A stretch of 64,000 nucleotides of DNA from Desulfobacterales bacterium (lineage in GTDB: Bacteria; Desulfobacterota; Desulfobacteria; Desulfobacterales; UBA5852): assembly GCA_963674755.2 (NCBI GenBank), contig CAXXVS010000002.1:1408001-1472000 (forward strand), in the 5' to 3' direction. The number at the start of each line of letters is the position of its first letter. Positions within the stretch are counted from its first letter, which is position 1. Shown one piece after another: positions 28,494-38,942 of this stretch. The translations under genes and the position numbers were made by a program. The notes under the pieces were generated by a model. The model did no database searches, was not told the DNA's origin, and saw nothing but the letters and a program-made list of their open reading frames with translations.

Positions 28494-28685
28494 CTAAGGA
28501 TCCGCCTTTCCCCAGTCAGTAGGGACAATCGTCTCAAAGGCGGTTTGCAACTGGTCTTTGTCTGTTCCCTTGCGGTATTCCTGAGATGTCATGGCGTAAG
28601 CCGTCGAATATTTGCGCCCGGATAGCGCCTTTGTGAATTCCAAAGCAACTTTTCGATAATCCGCATTTTCTGTTGATGGCCTCAT
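28494..28685 (-). pseudogene. Probable truncated hypothetical gene fragment
   Basis: Protein-like 63-aa ORF (…YRKVALEFTKALSGRKYSTAYAMTSQEY…IVPTDWG) ending abruptly next to the kinase gene. Confidence 0.35.
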
Positions 28686-28950
28686 TTTAACAAAAAATAT
28701 TATTTTGATACACTTTTTACAAATTTTATTACTTTTCGGTAAATTGTAAAAAACATCACCCCGGCACAATGTCGATTTATAGCGACTATGGCTGATGATC
28801 CATGCCCATGCCGAACGGGATGTATTCATTGACAGGATGCATATGGTGTATAATTGATCCTTACTGGCGTTTTATCCTCCCACTTCAGAAAATGAGAGCC
28901 ATCGCGAGCCAAGGGCTTTGTTTTTATTTTGCAAACGCTAAGGAGAAACC

Positions 28951-29934
28951 ATGAAGGCATTTGTCTGCGCCGAATTCGGCCCCGTCGATCAGTGCCGCGT
29001 TCAGGAGATCGACATCGCGGCACCGGGTAAAGATCAAGTTCTGATCGAGGTCCAAAGCGCCTCTTTGAACTTCCCGGATGCACTCATGATCGAAGGCCGC
29101 TATCAGTTAAAGCCCGACCTCCCTTTCGTGCCGGGCGTGGATCTGGCCGGTATCGTTCGTGAGGTGGGGACGAATGTCGACCATGTGGCAGCCGGTGACC
29201 GGGTTATGGCTTTTGCGGAAACAGGCGCCTTTGCCGAAATGTGCCTGGCCCACAAGACGAAAGTATTTCCCGTGCCCGAGGGCATGACGTTTGATGCGGC
29301 CGCCGCCTCCGGCATCACCTACCCCACCGCGATCCACGCGCTTCAGGATTGCGGACGCTTGCGGCCCGACGAAACCGTGCTGGTACTGGGGGCGGCCGGA
29401 GGGGTTGGCATCGCGGCCATTGAAGTGGCCAAAGCAATGAACGCCCATGTCATCGCCGCCGCTTCCACGGATGAGAAGCTCGCCCTTTGCCGCACGGTGG
29501 GCGCCGATATGACCATCAACTACAGCGAAGAAAATCTGCGCGCCCGCTGCCTGGCGCTGACCGAAGGCCGGGGGGTGGACGTGGTCTTTGACCCGGTCGG
29601 GGGTGACTATACGCTGGAGGCCTTCCGTGCCACCGCCTGGGGCGGGCGTCTGCTGGTCATCGGTTTTGCCGCTGGTGACATCCCGAAACTTCCGCTCAAT
29701 TACGCCTTGCTGAGCGAACGCGCCATTATCGGTGTCTTCTGGGGCGCCTGGACGGCCCGCAGCAGAGAAGGACAGCACCGCAATATGGAAACGTTGGCCC
29801 GCTGGTTCGCCGAGGGTAAAATCAACCCGGTCATCGATTCGACGGTTGCCCTCGCCCAGATCCCTGACGCCATCAAACGGCTGATGGCCCGCGAAGTCAA
29901 AGGTAAGGTGGTGGTAAAGTTGCAGGAAAAATAG
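28951..29934 (+). CDS. NADPH:quinone oxidoreductase (MDR/zeta-crystallin family)
   Basis: LNFPD, PFVPG, GAAGGVG, DVVFDPVGG, GKVVV; RBS AAGGAG. Confidence 0.92.
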   Translation: MKAFVCAEFGPVDQCRVQEIDIAAPGKDQVLIEVQSASLNFPDALMIEGRYQLKPDLPFVPGVDLAGIVREVGTNVDHVAAGDRVMAFAETGAFAEMCLAHKTKVFPVPEGMTFDAAAASGITYPTAIHALQDCGRLRPDETVLVLGAAGGVGIAAIEVAKAMNAHVIAAASTDEKLALCRTVGADMTINYSEENLRARCLALTEGRGVDVVFDPVGGDYTLEAFRATAWGGRLLVIGFAAGDIPKLPLNYALLSERAIIGVFWGAWTARSREGQHRNMETLARWFAEGKINPVIDSTVALAQIPDAIKRLMAREVKGKVVVKLQEK

Positions 29935-30418
29935 AAGAGACCCTCCCCTTGCCTCGCCATGCCTGATGTAAAATCCGGGCCGCCACAACCGCAATTTGAT
30001 TGCAAATTTTTTCCCTGTGGGTATATATTTTCATATATTTTGGTTAACACGGTTTACAGATTTGGCCCCAAACTACAGTATGCCGCGCTTTTTCCAATGA
30101 TTTTTTCGATATCTTGTGTCCGGTACACTTATTGCTGTCTGCAAATCAGTACGTTCCTTCGTGAAGCCCAACCGTTTACTGGTGATGTCAAGAATCATTG
30201 CCCATACCAACCCGGAGGGACGGTCGCGAATGGGCGCTCGTCTTGGCCATCAACGGGGCACCTTGCGCCGGCCGGGAGCATAGTGGGGCAATGGGATGTC
30301 ATCGATACGGTCCTGACTGTATTGACGATCATCGCTGCCGATCTAAAATTCTCTGAAACTACGCCATTCGACAACGATGCCCTGATTCGTCGCGCAACGG
30401 ATACCAGGGAATGCAATT

Positions 30419-31828
30419 ATGGAAGCTATCAGCGTGATCTCAACCTGTGAATATTCATTAAAAAGCCACACCTCCTCCCGGATCCGCATGACGACGATGA
30501 TCGCCGTTGCCGCCTTGGTTGTCATTAGCCGGCCGGCACCCGCCAAAGCTTTTGATTCGGGCCGATTGCTGCCCGCAAAACATGCGTTCGAAAACCAGGT
30601 CGCACTTCATTGGGGGCGTAACCGGGCATGGCGCCTCGCTTCCCACCTGCCGGGCCGGTTAGGCACCATTTCCGCGGCCGCCGTGGATGCCCATCGGGAA
30701 ACCGTCGGGGGGTTCGCCAGCTTCGGAAACAGCGCCCGCTGCGATATCATACTGGCCGATCTCTGCCGGGAATGGCGGCATCTGGTTCCCGGGGCACCAA
30801 AAGCCCCCGATCAAAAGAAATCGCGCCGGGAAAAAGTGGCAACCCTTGCCCTACGCGAAAAGTTCCGTGTCTACCTTGTGCGGCGGGGGGATTCCTTGTG
30901 GGACATCGCACGGCAGTTCGACATGGACTACCGGACGTTGGCAACCATCAACGGACTCAAGACCGGTGCTGTTCTTCAGGTGGGCCGTCCCCTCAAAGTG
31001 GCCGTCTCGTCGTCGCGCGAGCTGACGCTGGACCTGACCTCGGGCACCCTGGCCAACCATCCGTCCCTCCTGGACCAAATCCGTTTGATCGACGGGCGCC
31101 CGGTCCCTCACTGGATGGTGACGGATTATGTGGCCGACATCATCGACAAGCGCTCTCCGGAAGCAGAAAACCGGGATTGGCTAGCCGGCATGGAACCCCT
31201 CACCATTGTGATCCATTTCCAACTGGTGAAAAACCTTCTGGAAGGGCGGGCGCGCTTATACCAGCCGCTGATCGTGACCCATGCCAAAAAATACGACCTT
31301 GACCCGGCCCTGGTCATGGCCATGATCCATACCGAATCCGCCTTCAACCCGCATGCCCGTTCAAACGCCTCGGCCTATGGGCTCATGCAACTCGTTCCCC
31401 AAACCGCGGCCAAGGAAGCCTACTACCGGATTTACGGGCAGCGGCGCATGCCGACCCCTGAATATCTTTTCGATCCCGACAACAACATCGAATTGGGGAC
31501 CGCCTATCTCCATATCCTCAGCAGCCGGTACCTGGGATCGATCGCCGACCCCCTGAGCCGCATCTATTGCACCGTGGCGGCCTACCATGCGGGTCCTTCG
31601 AGCGTGGGTCGGGCGTTTACCGCGCAGCCGTCGATCAAACAGGCCGCCCTCATCATCAACAGCTTAACGCCTGCCGATGTCTATAAGCGCCTCGTGGAGG
31701 CCCTGCCTTCCGTTGAAAGCCGAAACTACCTGCGGGATGTGATCAGACGTTTCCACCGCTACAGCGTCCGGTATTTGAAAAGCAACGATGTCCAGGCATC
31801 GAACAATTTGGACTTGGCGAGTATCTGA
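30419..31828 (+). CDS. MltC-like lytic transglycosylase with LysM domain
   Basis: LysM (YLVRRGDSLWDIARQF…); SLT motifs IHTESAFNP, GLMQL, NIELGTAYL, AAYHAG; start uncertain. Confidence 0.8.
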   Translation: MEAISVISTCEYSLKSHTSSRIRMTTMIAVAALVVISRPAPAKAFDSGRLLPAKHAFENQVALHWGRNRAWRLASHLPGRLGTISAAAVDAHRETVGGFASFGNSARCDIILADLCREWRHLVPGAPKAPDQKKSRREKVATLALREKFRVYLVRRGDSLWDIARQFDMDYRTLATINGLKTGAVLQVGRPLKVAVSSSRELTLDLTSGTLANHPSLLDQIRLIDGRPVPHWMVTDYVADIIDKRSPEAENRDWLAGMEPLTIVIHFQLVKNLLEGRARLYQPLIVTHAKKYDLDPALVMAMIHTESAFNPHARSNASAYGLMQLVPQTAAKEAYYRIYGQRRMPTPEYLFDPDNNIELGTAYLHILSSRYLGSIADPLSRIYCTVAAYHAGPSSVGRAFTAQPSIKQAALIINSLTPADVYKRLVEALPSVESRNYLRDVIRRFHRYSVRYLKSNDVQASNNLDLASI

Positions 31829-32211
31829 CATCGATGGCGTGCTGCCGAAAAAAGTCCGTCGATTGCGGGGGCGGTTTATCGCAGCACCCCGAACGTCTCG
31901 CTTTGGAAACACCTAAGCCGATAAGGGCCGGCATGAAAATGAGGAGTGAATCTCCTTTCTTAGAGCGTACCGCATCAGACAGCCCCGGAAGGGGGCTTGG
32001 GACTGCTTGGAGAACTTGAACCAGGCTTTCAACGCCGCTATCCCCCCACCCCAAAACCTGCCAGACGACCTTTTTTGGGGAACCGGTCACCCCCTGCTTG
32101 AAGCCAGCCCCGGGCTCTGCTACAGATGACCGATCCGTTCTGGAACACATCCCGCAAATGAGGCCAATAGACATTTTTGCGATGTGTTCTGACCACACGA
32201 AAGGTTTCCCT

Positions 32212-33558
32212 ATGACCCACATGACGAGCGACCGTACGAAAGGCCATGTCTTCCCGCGTCGACTGGATCCCCCCCTGCCGGTGGCCGTCAAAGCCGACGA
32301 CGTCTGGATCGAGGACCATCAGGGACGTCGCTACCTGGATGCCACCGGCGGGGCCGTCGTGGTCAATGTCGGTCATGGCCGCGAGGCGATCGCCCGGGCC
32401 GTTTACGACCAGATCCGGACCTGCGACTATGTTCATCCCACCATGATGACGACCCCGACGGTCGAGAGACTGGCCGCCGCTCTCAGCGGCCATGCGCCGG
32501 AAGGCATCGAGCGGTTCTATTTTCTTTCCGGTGGCGGGGAAGCCAACGAAGCCGCCATCAAGTTGGCCCGGCAGATTCATCTCGCGGCCGGCCGGCCTGA
32601 AAAATTCCGTCTTATCGCCCGTTGGCAATCCTACCACGGGTTGACCCTGGGGGCCCTCTCGGCCATGGGCCGCACCTCCTTCCGGACCCCCTTTGCACCG
32701 CTGCTGGCCGACGCGGTGCACATCCCGCCCCCCTATTGCCTGCGCTGCGCCTTCGGCCTCACCTATCCCGGCTGCGCCTTGCGTTGCGCCCTGGCCCTGG
32801 AAGACGCCATTCAGAACATGGGAGCAGAGACCGTTTCGGCGTTCATGGCCGAGACGGTCAGCGGCGGCACCCTGGCGGCCTGTGCCCCGCCGGAAGGCTA
32901 TTTCGCCACCGTTCGCGACATCTGCAAGCGCTACGACGTGCTCCTGATCCTCGATGAGGTGCTCTGCGGCATGGGGCGCACGGGGCAGTGGTTCGCCTGC
33001 CAGCACGAGGGCGTCTCCCCGGACCTTATCACCCTCGGCAAGGGCCTGTCCGGCGGGACCCTGGCCATCTCCGCCCTGGGCGTTCAGCAGCAGCACTTCG
33101 CAAGCGTATGCGCGGACGGCGGCACTTTCATTCACGGCGGCACCTTTACCCATCATGGCGTGGCCGCGGCCGCCGCCCTGGCGGTCGTGGAAATCTTGGA
33201 GAAGGAAGATCTGGTTGGCCGGGTGGCTCACCACGGCCCTCTTCTCGGCGAGATGCTGGCCCAAGAACTGGGGAGCCTTCCCTGGGTGGGGGACATTCGG
33301 GGACGCGGTTTTTTGTGGGGGGTGGAACTGGTGACGGACCGCGACACCCTGAGGCCCTTTCCCCGGCGTGAGCAGGTGGCCGAAAGGGTCTGGCAAGCCC
33401 TCTACGATCAAGGCGTGATAACCTACAAATCCACCGGGCTGGCCGGAATCGACGGCGACGCCATTCTCATTGCCCCGCCCTTTATCATGTCGCCCGAGGA
33501 TCTCCAGATGGTTTGCACAAAGCTCGCCCGGGCGATTGCCACGACCCTGGATCGCTGA
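32212..33558 (+). CDS. Class III (omega-amino acid/BioA-like) PLP aminotransferase
   Basis: YLDATGG, SGGGEANEAAIK, SYHG, DEVLCGMGRTG, GKG, HGGTF. Confidence 0.92.
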   Translation: MTHMTSDRTKGHVFPRRLDPPLPVAVKADDVWIEDHQGRRYLDATGGAVVVNVGHGREAIARAVYDQIRTCDYVHPTMMTTPTVERLAAALSGHAPEGIERFYFLSGGGEANEAAIKLARQIHLAAGRPEKFRLIARWQSYHGLTLGALSAMGRTSFRTPFAPLLADAVHIPPPYCLRCAFGLTYPGCALRCALALEDAIQNMGAETVSAFMAETVSGGTLAACAPPEGYFATVRDICKRYDVLLILDEVLCGMGRTGQWFACQHEGVSPDLITLGKGLSGGTLAISALGVQQQHFASVCADGGTFIHGGTFTHHGVAAAAALAVVEILEKEDLVGRVAHHGPLLGEMLAQELGSLPWVGDIRGRGFLWGVELVTDRDTLRPFPRREQVAERVWQALYDQGVITYKSTGLAGIDGDAILIAPPFIMSPEDLQMVCTKLARAIATTLDR

Positions 33559-33666
33559 CCGCCATCGACGCCTCAGGGATGCCGGCAGCGTCGGCCGCAG
33601 CAGGCCCTGTCCCGTCATCTATCCGCGGCCGGACGCTGTCCGGCGTGTAAGCTTCCGGCCTTTCCC

Positions 33667-33766
33667 TATAACACCTCTCAAAAAAGTCTTTTGGCCCGAT
33701 CCGCCAGAGGTGGACAAGTCCCGGCGTTGGGCGCTCGTCTTGAGTCCTCGAAATACCAATGTATTT
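33667..33766. repeat. Truncated copy of palindromic MITE/ERIC-like element
   Basis: 33676-33740 matches the reverse complement of 50526-50590 at 59/65 nt (aligned by hand) and retains the apex TCCTCGAAATAC-CAAT-GTATTT. Confidence 0.8.
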
Positions 33767-33900
33767 ACCCCAGGGGCACTTCCGTTGGGTGCCTACCGCT
33801 CACACCCTCCGCAAGGGATACATCAGACGGGAAGTCCCGCGGAGCGGGAACACGCTCGTCCGCCGTATCTGGAACCAAAATCCTAATTTTGCGATGTGTT

Positions 33901-34554
33901 CTAATAGGTCCATCCCAGAATCCCCATGGCCACCACATTTGCGACAATGGCAATACTGTAGAGCGACGACACCGTGATCACTTTGGCGCGCATGGTTTTC
34001 ATGCCGATCACCAGCAGCGCGGCCACGTAGAAGTGAAAATAGCCGAAGAGAAAAATCAGCCAGACGCCTTTGAAGGACCGGTTCCACCACGGGTATTCCC
34101 AGACCAGGTGACCGCCTTTGTTCAGCAGGCACTCCACGAATACGCAGAAGACGGAGTAGCCGATGGCCCAGAACCAGCGGTCGGGGATGCCCAGAATCTT
34201 GTCTTTGGGATTGTCGGAGAGGGTGTAGTAGTAAATGATGCCGGAGAGCAGAAACATGAAGATGATTTCGATGTTCCAGCCCACCATGGTCCGCAGGGCC
34301 GTGTCGCCGGGCGCGGTCCAGAGGGCGGAGCGCTGGGTGAAATGCAGCACCCAGCCGTTCCAGGTTTCGTTGATGAAGTCCATGCCGAAGATGGTCAGAC
34401 CGGCCAGGACCGCATTCCAATTGCCCGTGTTGCGGGCCTTGTTGATTTCCACGGCATAAATGTAGAAGACAATGGCCAGCAAAGGGATGACATACCATTT
34501 CAGGGTGGTAAGGTCGCGGAGTCCGTGGAGCGCTTGCAGAGAGGCCGGAGTCAT
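33901..34554 (-). CDS. Multi-pass membrane protein of unknown function
   Basis: About 6 TM helices, aromatic-rich, strong codon bias, AAAGGAG RBS. Confidence 0.75.
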   Translation of the reverse strand: MTPASLQALHGLRDLTTLKWYVIPLLAIVFYIYAVEINKARNTGNWNAVLAGLTIFGMDFINETWNGWVLHFTQRSALWTAPGDTALRTMVGWNIEIIFMFLLSGIIYYYTLSDNPKDKILGIPDRWFWAIGYSVFCVFVECLLNKGGHLVWEYPWWNRSFKGVWLIFLFGYFHFYVAALLVIGMKTMRAKVITVSSLYSIAIVANVVAMGILGWTY

Positions 34555-34624
34555 CTTTTCTTCTCCTTTTCCGTTGTGTCGTGGTCAAGTTTTCTTCAGT
34601 GTTTTACGGCTGTATATGGGCTTC

Positions 34625-34660
34625 ATCGGATTCGAAATCGCAATCGGGATCGCGATCGAT
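34625..34660. repeat. Hexamer tandem repeat (ATCGNN)x6
   Basis: ATCGGA TTCGAA ATCGCA ATCGGG ATCGCG ATCGAT. Confidence 0.75.
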
Positions 34661-34721
34661 TTTCTAATTGAGGTGGCGCCCGGACGAAACGTAATTTTTC
34701 CCTTTAAACGCGGCGTGTGCA

Positions 34722-35750
34722 TTATAACTTCCCAAACCGATCCTGCACAAGGCCTTCCACCTCGGCTTTGCGATGGCAGGCCACCCGGTGGTCTGCCGTA
34801 AAGGGCTCCAGGGCCGGTTCTTCGTAGCGGCAGCGGTCGATCACAAACGGGCAGCGCGTATGAAAACGGCATCCGTCCGGAGGATTCAAGGGGCTGGGCA
34901 CATCGCCCTGCAACACGATGCGCCGGGTGCGCCGGGTCATCTCCGGGATGGGAATGCCGGACAAAAGAGCGTGGGTGTATGGATGCCGGGACCCATTGAA
35001 AAGCGTCGGCGTGGGAGCGGTTTCGACCACCTTGCCCAGATACATCACCGCCAGGCGGTTGCTGATGTATTTGACCACTAGCAGATGGTGGGTCACGAAA
35101 AGATAGGTCAGTTCCAGCCGCTCCCGCAGCGCCTGCAGCAGGTTCAGGATCTGGGCCTGCACCGAGACATCCAGGGCCGAGGTGGGTTCGTCCAGTACCA
35201 TAAATTCCGGATCGGTCGCGATGGCCCGCGCCACGGCGATGCGCTGGCGCTGTCCACCCGAAAATTCGTGGGGGTAGCGCAGGTAGTGGTCTTTGGTGAG
35301 CCCCACCAGGGATAGAAGCTCCAGGATGCGGGTCTCCAAGGCGCGACTGCCCATGGCGGCGTGTTCGCGCAAGGGCTCGGCAATGATGTTCTTCACCAGC
35401 ATGCGGGGGTTTAAGGAAGTGCTGGGGTCCTGGAAAACCATCTGCAGGCGCCCCCGGATCCCTTCCTGTTTGAGGGCCCGCCGCGGCAGCGCCGCGATAT
35501 CCAGCGGTTCTTCACCGTTGTCGCCATGATAGAAAATCTGCCCGGCGGTCGGCCGATGCATCCGCACCAGGGCCTTGCCGGTGGTGGTCTTGCCGCAGCC
35601 GGATTCACCCACCAGCCCCAGGCATTCGCCCCGGTAGATATCCAGGTCGATCCCGTCCAGCGCTTTGACCGAGGCCACCTGGCGGCGCAAGACACCGCCC
35701 CGCACGGGATAGTGTTTCTTGAGGCCGCGCAGCTCGAAGAGCTTCTTCAT
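34722..35750 (-). CDS. oppF: Oligopeptide/dipeptide ABC ATPase (OppF/DppF)
   Basis: GESGCGKT, FSGGQRQR, LDEPTSALD, C-terminal GCRFHTRC. Confidence 0.92.
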   Translation of the reverse strand: MKKLFELRGLKKHYPVRGGVLRRQVASVKALDGIDLDIYRGECLGLVGESGCGKTTTGKALVRMHRPTAGQIFYHGDNGEEPLDIAALPRRALKQEGIRGRLQMVFQDPSTSLNPRMLVKNIIAEPLREHAAMGSRALETRILELLSLVGLTKDHYLRYPHEFSGGQRQRIAVARAIATDPEFMVLDEPTSALDVSVQAQILNLLQALRERLELTYLFVTHHLLVVKYISNRLAVMYLGKVVETAPTPTLFNGSRHPYTHALLSGIPIPEMTRRTRRIVLQGDVPSPLNPPDGCRFHTRCPFVIDRCRYEEPALEPFTADHRVACHRKAEVEGLVQDRFGKL

Positions 35751-36922
35751 CGCGGGCCCCCCGTTCGCGGCCGGTCGGTGTAAAGATAGCAGGCCACCGT
35801 GTGTCCGGGACCCATGGCCACCATTTCCGGGAAATGACGCCGGCAGATGTCTTTCGCCTCGGGGCAGCGGGGATGGAACCGGCATCCGGGGGGCGCATTC
35901 ACCAGATTGGGCACCGCCCCGTCAATGCTGCGCAGCGGGTCCTCCTGGTGGAAGCGCGGCACCGCCTCGAGCAGGGCCCGGGTGTAGGGATGGCGCGGGG
36001 TCTGGAAGAGATCGGCCACATCGGCCACTTCACAGAGATTGCCGGCATACATGACCCCCACCCGGTCACAGGTCTCGGCCACCACCCCCAGGTCGTGGGT
36101 GATGAACAGGATAGCGGCAATTTCCGTCTGCCGCAGGCCGCGCATCAGGTCCAGGATCTGGGCCTGGATCGTGACGTCCAGATTGGAGGTGGCCTCGTCG
36201 GCGATCAGCAGCAACGGGCTGCAGGCCAGGGCCATGGCGATCACGATGCGCTGCTTCATTCCTCCCGAAAGGTTGTGGGGATAGAGCCGGACCACTTCCG
36301 CGGGATTGGGAATGCCCAAATTGCCGATAATCTCAATCGATCGGCGCCAGGCCTCCGCCTTGAGGCGTTTCTGCCAGCGGCGCACCAGAGGCAAACGCGC
36401 GCTCAGGGCCACCAGGGGAGCCCGGGGATTCTCCGCCGCCCGGGCGTAGATCCTCTTTTGAAAAGCGGCCAGGGGCCCGGCCGCCGGACCATGGGGGTGG
36501 TTCAGCTCTTGCAGGACAGCGGCGCACATTTCCTTCTGGCGGTGAAAGAGAAAACTTTCGGCCACCTGGTCGCCGATGCTCATGATGGGATTCAGGGCGG
36601 CGTTGGGCTCCTGAAAAATCATGGACATGCGGTTGCCCCGCAGATGCGCCACATAGGCCTCCGACTGCCGGAGCAGGTCGACGCCCCGCCGGTCGTCCGG
36701 GTCGAAGAACACCACCACCTTGCCCCCCTCCACCCGGCCGGGCTCCGGGATGATGCGCATCATGGACCGCACGGCCACGCTCTTGCCGCAGCCGGACTCG
36801 CCCACCAGGCCGAAGGCGGTGCCGTAATCCACCACCAGGCTGATCCCGTTGAGGGCCCGCACGACGCCCTCGTAGGTGTAGAAATTGGTGACCAGGTTTT
36901 CCGTTTCGATCAGGGGCGTCAT
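35747..36922 (-). CDS. oppD: Oligopeptide/dipeptide ABC ATPase (OppD/DppD) with internal insertion
   Basis: [32 protein letters not shown] 36922. Confidence 0.92.
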   Translation of the reverse strand: MTPLIETENLVTNFYTYEGVVRALNGISLVVDYGTAFGLVGESGCGKSVAVRSMMRIIPEPGRVEGGKVVVFFDPDDRRGVDLLRQSEAYVAHLRGNRMSMIFQEPNAALNPIMSIGDQVAESFLFHRQKEMCAAVLQELNHPHGPAAGPLAAFQKRIYARAAENPRAPLVALSARLPLVRRWQKRLKAEAWRRSIEIIGNLGIPNPAEVVRLYPHNLSGGMKQRIVIAMALACSPLLLIADEATSNLDVTIQAQILDLMRGLRQTEIAAILFITHDLGVVAETCDRVGVMYAGNLCEVADVADLFQTPRHPYTRALLEAVPRFHQEDPLRSIDGAVPNLVNAPPGCRFHPRCPEAKDICRRHFPEMVAMGPGHTVACYLYTDRPRTGGPR

Positions 36923-36927
36923 GGGGG

Positions 36928-37833
36928 TCACCTCCGGCGCAGCTTGGGATCGAAGGCGTCCCGCAGGGCGTCGCCGATGAGGTTCCAGGCCAGAACGAAG
37001 AGAATGATGCAGGCCCCCGGAATGACGATGGTGTACCAGAAGCGCAGGGGATCGTCCGGCGGCCCCACGATGTAATTGCGGGCCAGGGCCACCATCTGCC
37101 CCCAGTCGGCATAGCCCTTGGGCGACCCCAGCCCCACGAAGCTCATGAAGGAGGCTGTGATCACCATGGACCCCATGTCCATGGAGGCCATGATCAGTAC
37201 CGGATAGATGGCGTTGGGCACAATATGGCGCCGGATGATCTTGAAGTCCCCCACCCCCATCAGCCGCGCCGCCTGGACGAAATCCTGATCCCGCAGGGTC
37301 AGGATTTCGGAGCGGATGACCCGCACGTACCAGCGCCACTGGATCAGGGCCAGGGCGATCATGACCTTGTCCAGCCCCCGGCCGAAGGCCACCACGATGG
37401 CCATGGCCAGCACGAGGGTCGGGATGGCCCACATGACATCGGTGACCCGCATGAGCATCTCGTCCAGCCAGCCGCCGTAGTAACCCGCCACGGCCCCCAG
37501 GCTCACCCCCACCAGGCCCGACCAAAGCACCACGAAGAAGCCGATCTTGAAGGCCGTCCGCGTGCCCCAGACCACGCCGTAGTAAATGTCGTATTGGCCC
37601 GAGGTGGTGCCGAAGACCGCCCTTTCACTCGGGGGTTTGGGTGTGGGCGAAAACCCTTTATGGGGCATCTGGTAGGGATTGTGGGCGTACTTGGGAGGGG
37701 CCAGGACCGGTGCCAAAAGCGCCACCCCCACAAAAAACAGCAACAGGGTGAACCCGATCACGGCCGAGGGATTGCGGAAGATGCGGTAGAGCGTGTAGTT
37801 CAGTTCGCGCAGTCGGGGATGGGTGTTTTCCAT
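36928..37833 (-). CDS. oppC: Peptide ABC permease (OppC/DppC)
   Basis: FVQAARLMG EAA loop; NLIGDALRDAFDP. Confidence 0.92.
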   Translation of the reverse strand: MENTHPRLRELNYTLYRIFRNPSAVIGFTLLLFFVGVALLAPVLAPPKYAHNPYQMPHKGFSPTPKPPSERAVFGTTSGQYDIYYGVVWGTRTAFKIGFFVVLWSGLVGVSLGAVAGYYGGWLDEMLMRVTDVMWAIPTLVLAMAIVVAFGRGLDKVMIALALIQWRWYVRVIRSEILTLRDQDFVQAARLMGVGDFKIIRRHIVPNAIYPVLIMASMDMGSMVITASFMSFVGLGSPKGYADWGQMVALARNYIVGPPDDPLRFWYTIVIPGACIILFVLAWNLIGDALRDAFDPKLRRR

Positions 37834-37845
37834 AAGGGCTGCGCC

Positions 37846-38877
37846 TCAACTCAAACGGATACGGGGATCGATATAGGCATAAAGGACGTCGATGGTCAGG
37901 TTGGTCACCACGAACACCACGCCCATGAAAAGGCAGATGCACATCAGCACCGGCATGTCCAGCTGGGTGGCGGATTCGGCCAGCCACCAGCCGATGCCCT
38001 GCCGGTTGTAGACCACCTCCACGGCGATGCTGCCCTCCATGGACATGGCCACCAGCTGCCCGGCCACGGTCACCACCGGCAGCAGGGCGTTGCGGCGGGC
38101 GTGCTTATAGTGGATCGTCCGGCGATCGGCGCCCTTGGCGCGGGCCGTGAGGACATAGTCCTTGGAGAGCTCCTCGATCATGCCGGAGCGCATGACGCGC
38201 ATGTTGAGGGCCACCACCACGATCACGTAAGTGGCGATGGGCAGCACCAGATGGCGCAGGGCGTCCAGGGCAATCTCCGGACGCCCGTTCAGCAGGCCGT
38301 CGATGGTCAGCATCCCGGTGTAAGCGGTGTATTGTTCGGGGTGATCGATGATCCACATGGTCAGGGGGTCGCTCAGCACCCCCGGGGAGAAGAGATGAAA
38401 ATAGCCGTAGAAAACCATCAACAGGACCAGGGCGAAGAGAAAGGTCGGCAGGGACCACCCGATAATGGCGAAAATCCGCGTGCCGTGATCGATCCAGCTG
38501 TCTCGGTGGATTCCGGCCATGGACCCCAGCCATATCCCCAGAAAAATCACGATGGGCGCGGCATAGAGATTCATCTCCAGGGTGATGGGAAAATAGCGCC
38601 AGAAGGCTTCCCGCACCGGACGGGCCGCCACCAGGGACCAGCCCAGGTTGCCACGGGCCACCTCTTTGATCCAGCGTACGTATTGAATATAAAGGGGATC
38701 GTCGAGACCGAACTGCCGGATCAGGCGGGGAATATCCTTGGCCTGCTGAGGGGTGGTGACATAGGCGGCGGCCCGGCGCTCGGGGCTGAAGGTCATCAGA
38801 ATGCCGAACAGCAGCACCGAGACGCCGAAGAGCACGAAGGTCAGAAAGAAAAACCGCCTGAGAATGTACGTGGGCAT
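37846..38877 (-). CDS. oppB: Peptide ABC permease (OppB/DppB)
   Basis: DYVLTARAKG, HARRNAL, YAYIDPRIR. Confidence 0.92.
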   Translation of the reverse strand: MPTYILRRFFFLTFVLFGVSVLLFGILMTFSPERRAAAYVTTPQQAKDIPRLIRQFGLDDPLYIQYVRWIKEVARGNLGWSLVAARPVREAFWRYFPITLEMNLYAAPIVIFLGIWLGSMAGIHRDSWIDHGTRIFAIIGWSLPTFLFALVLLMVFYGYFHLFSPGVLSDPLTMWIIDHPEQYTAYTGMLTIDGLLNGRPEIALDALRHLVLPIATYVIVVVALNMRVMRSGMIEELSKDYVLTARAKGADRRTIHYKHARRNALLPVVTVAGQLVAMSMEGSIAVEVVYNRQGIGWWLAESATQLDMPVLMCICLFMGVVFVVTNLTIDVLYAYIDPRIRLS

Positions 38878-38942
38878 AAGCAGTCAAAAAAAACGTAACG
38901 CGGTTATCTGGAATGCTCAAGTTGGCTTTAATGTAAAAGACC

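Noticed and set aside
28829..28854. Perfect TTGACA and TATAAT hexamers upstream of the quinone oxidoreductase
   Set aside because: The spacer is only 14 nt, incompatible with a standard sigma70 promoter; the -10 alone may be real but cannot be supported.
30140..30195. c-di-GMP-I riboswitch-like GCAAA-TCAGTA…TACTGG-TGATGTCAAG
   Set aside because: It lacks the GNRA-capped P2, the GACGCAAAGC consensus and a recognisable P3 tetraloop receptor.
31980..32110. Cobalamin riboswitch (ACCTGCC and AAGCCAG fragments)
   Set aside because: The B12-box fragments are in the wrong order and the core motifs are absent.
33774..33838. Extended hairpin after the truncated palindromic element as an ncRNA
   Set aside because: Imperfect pairing in GC-rich DNA, single copy, no known motif; could be chance or a terminator-like structure.
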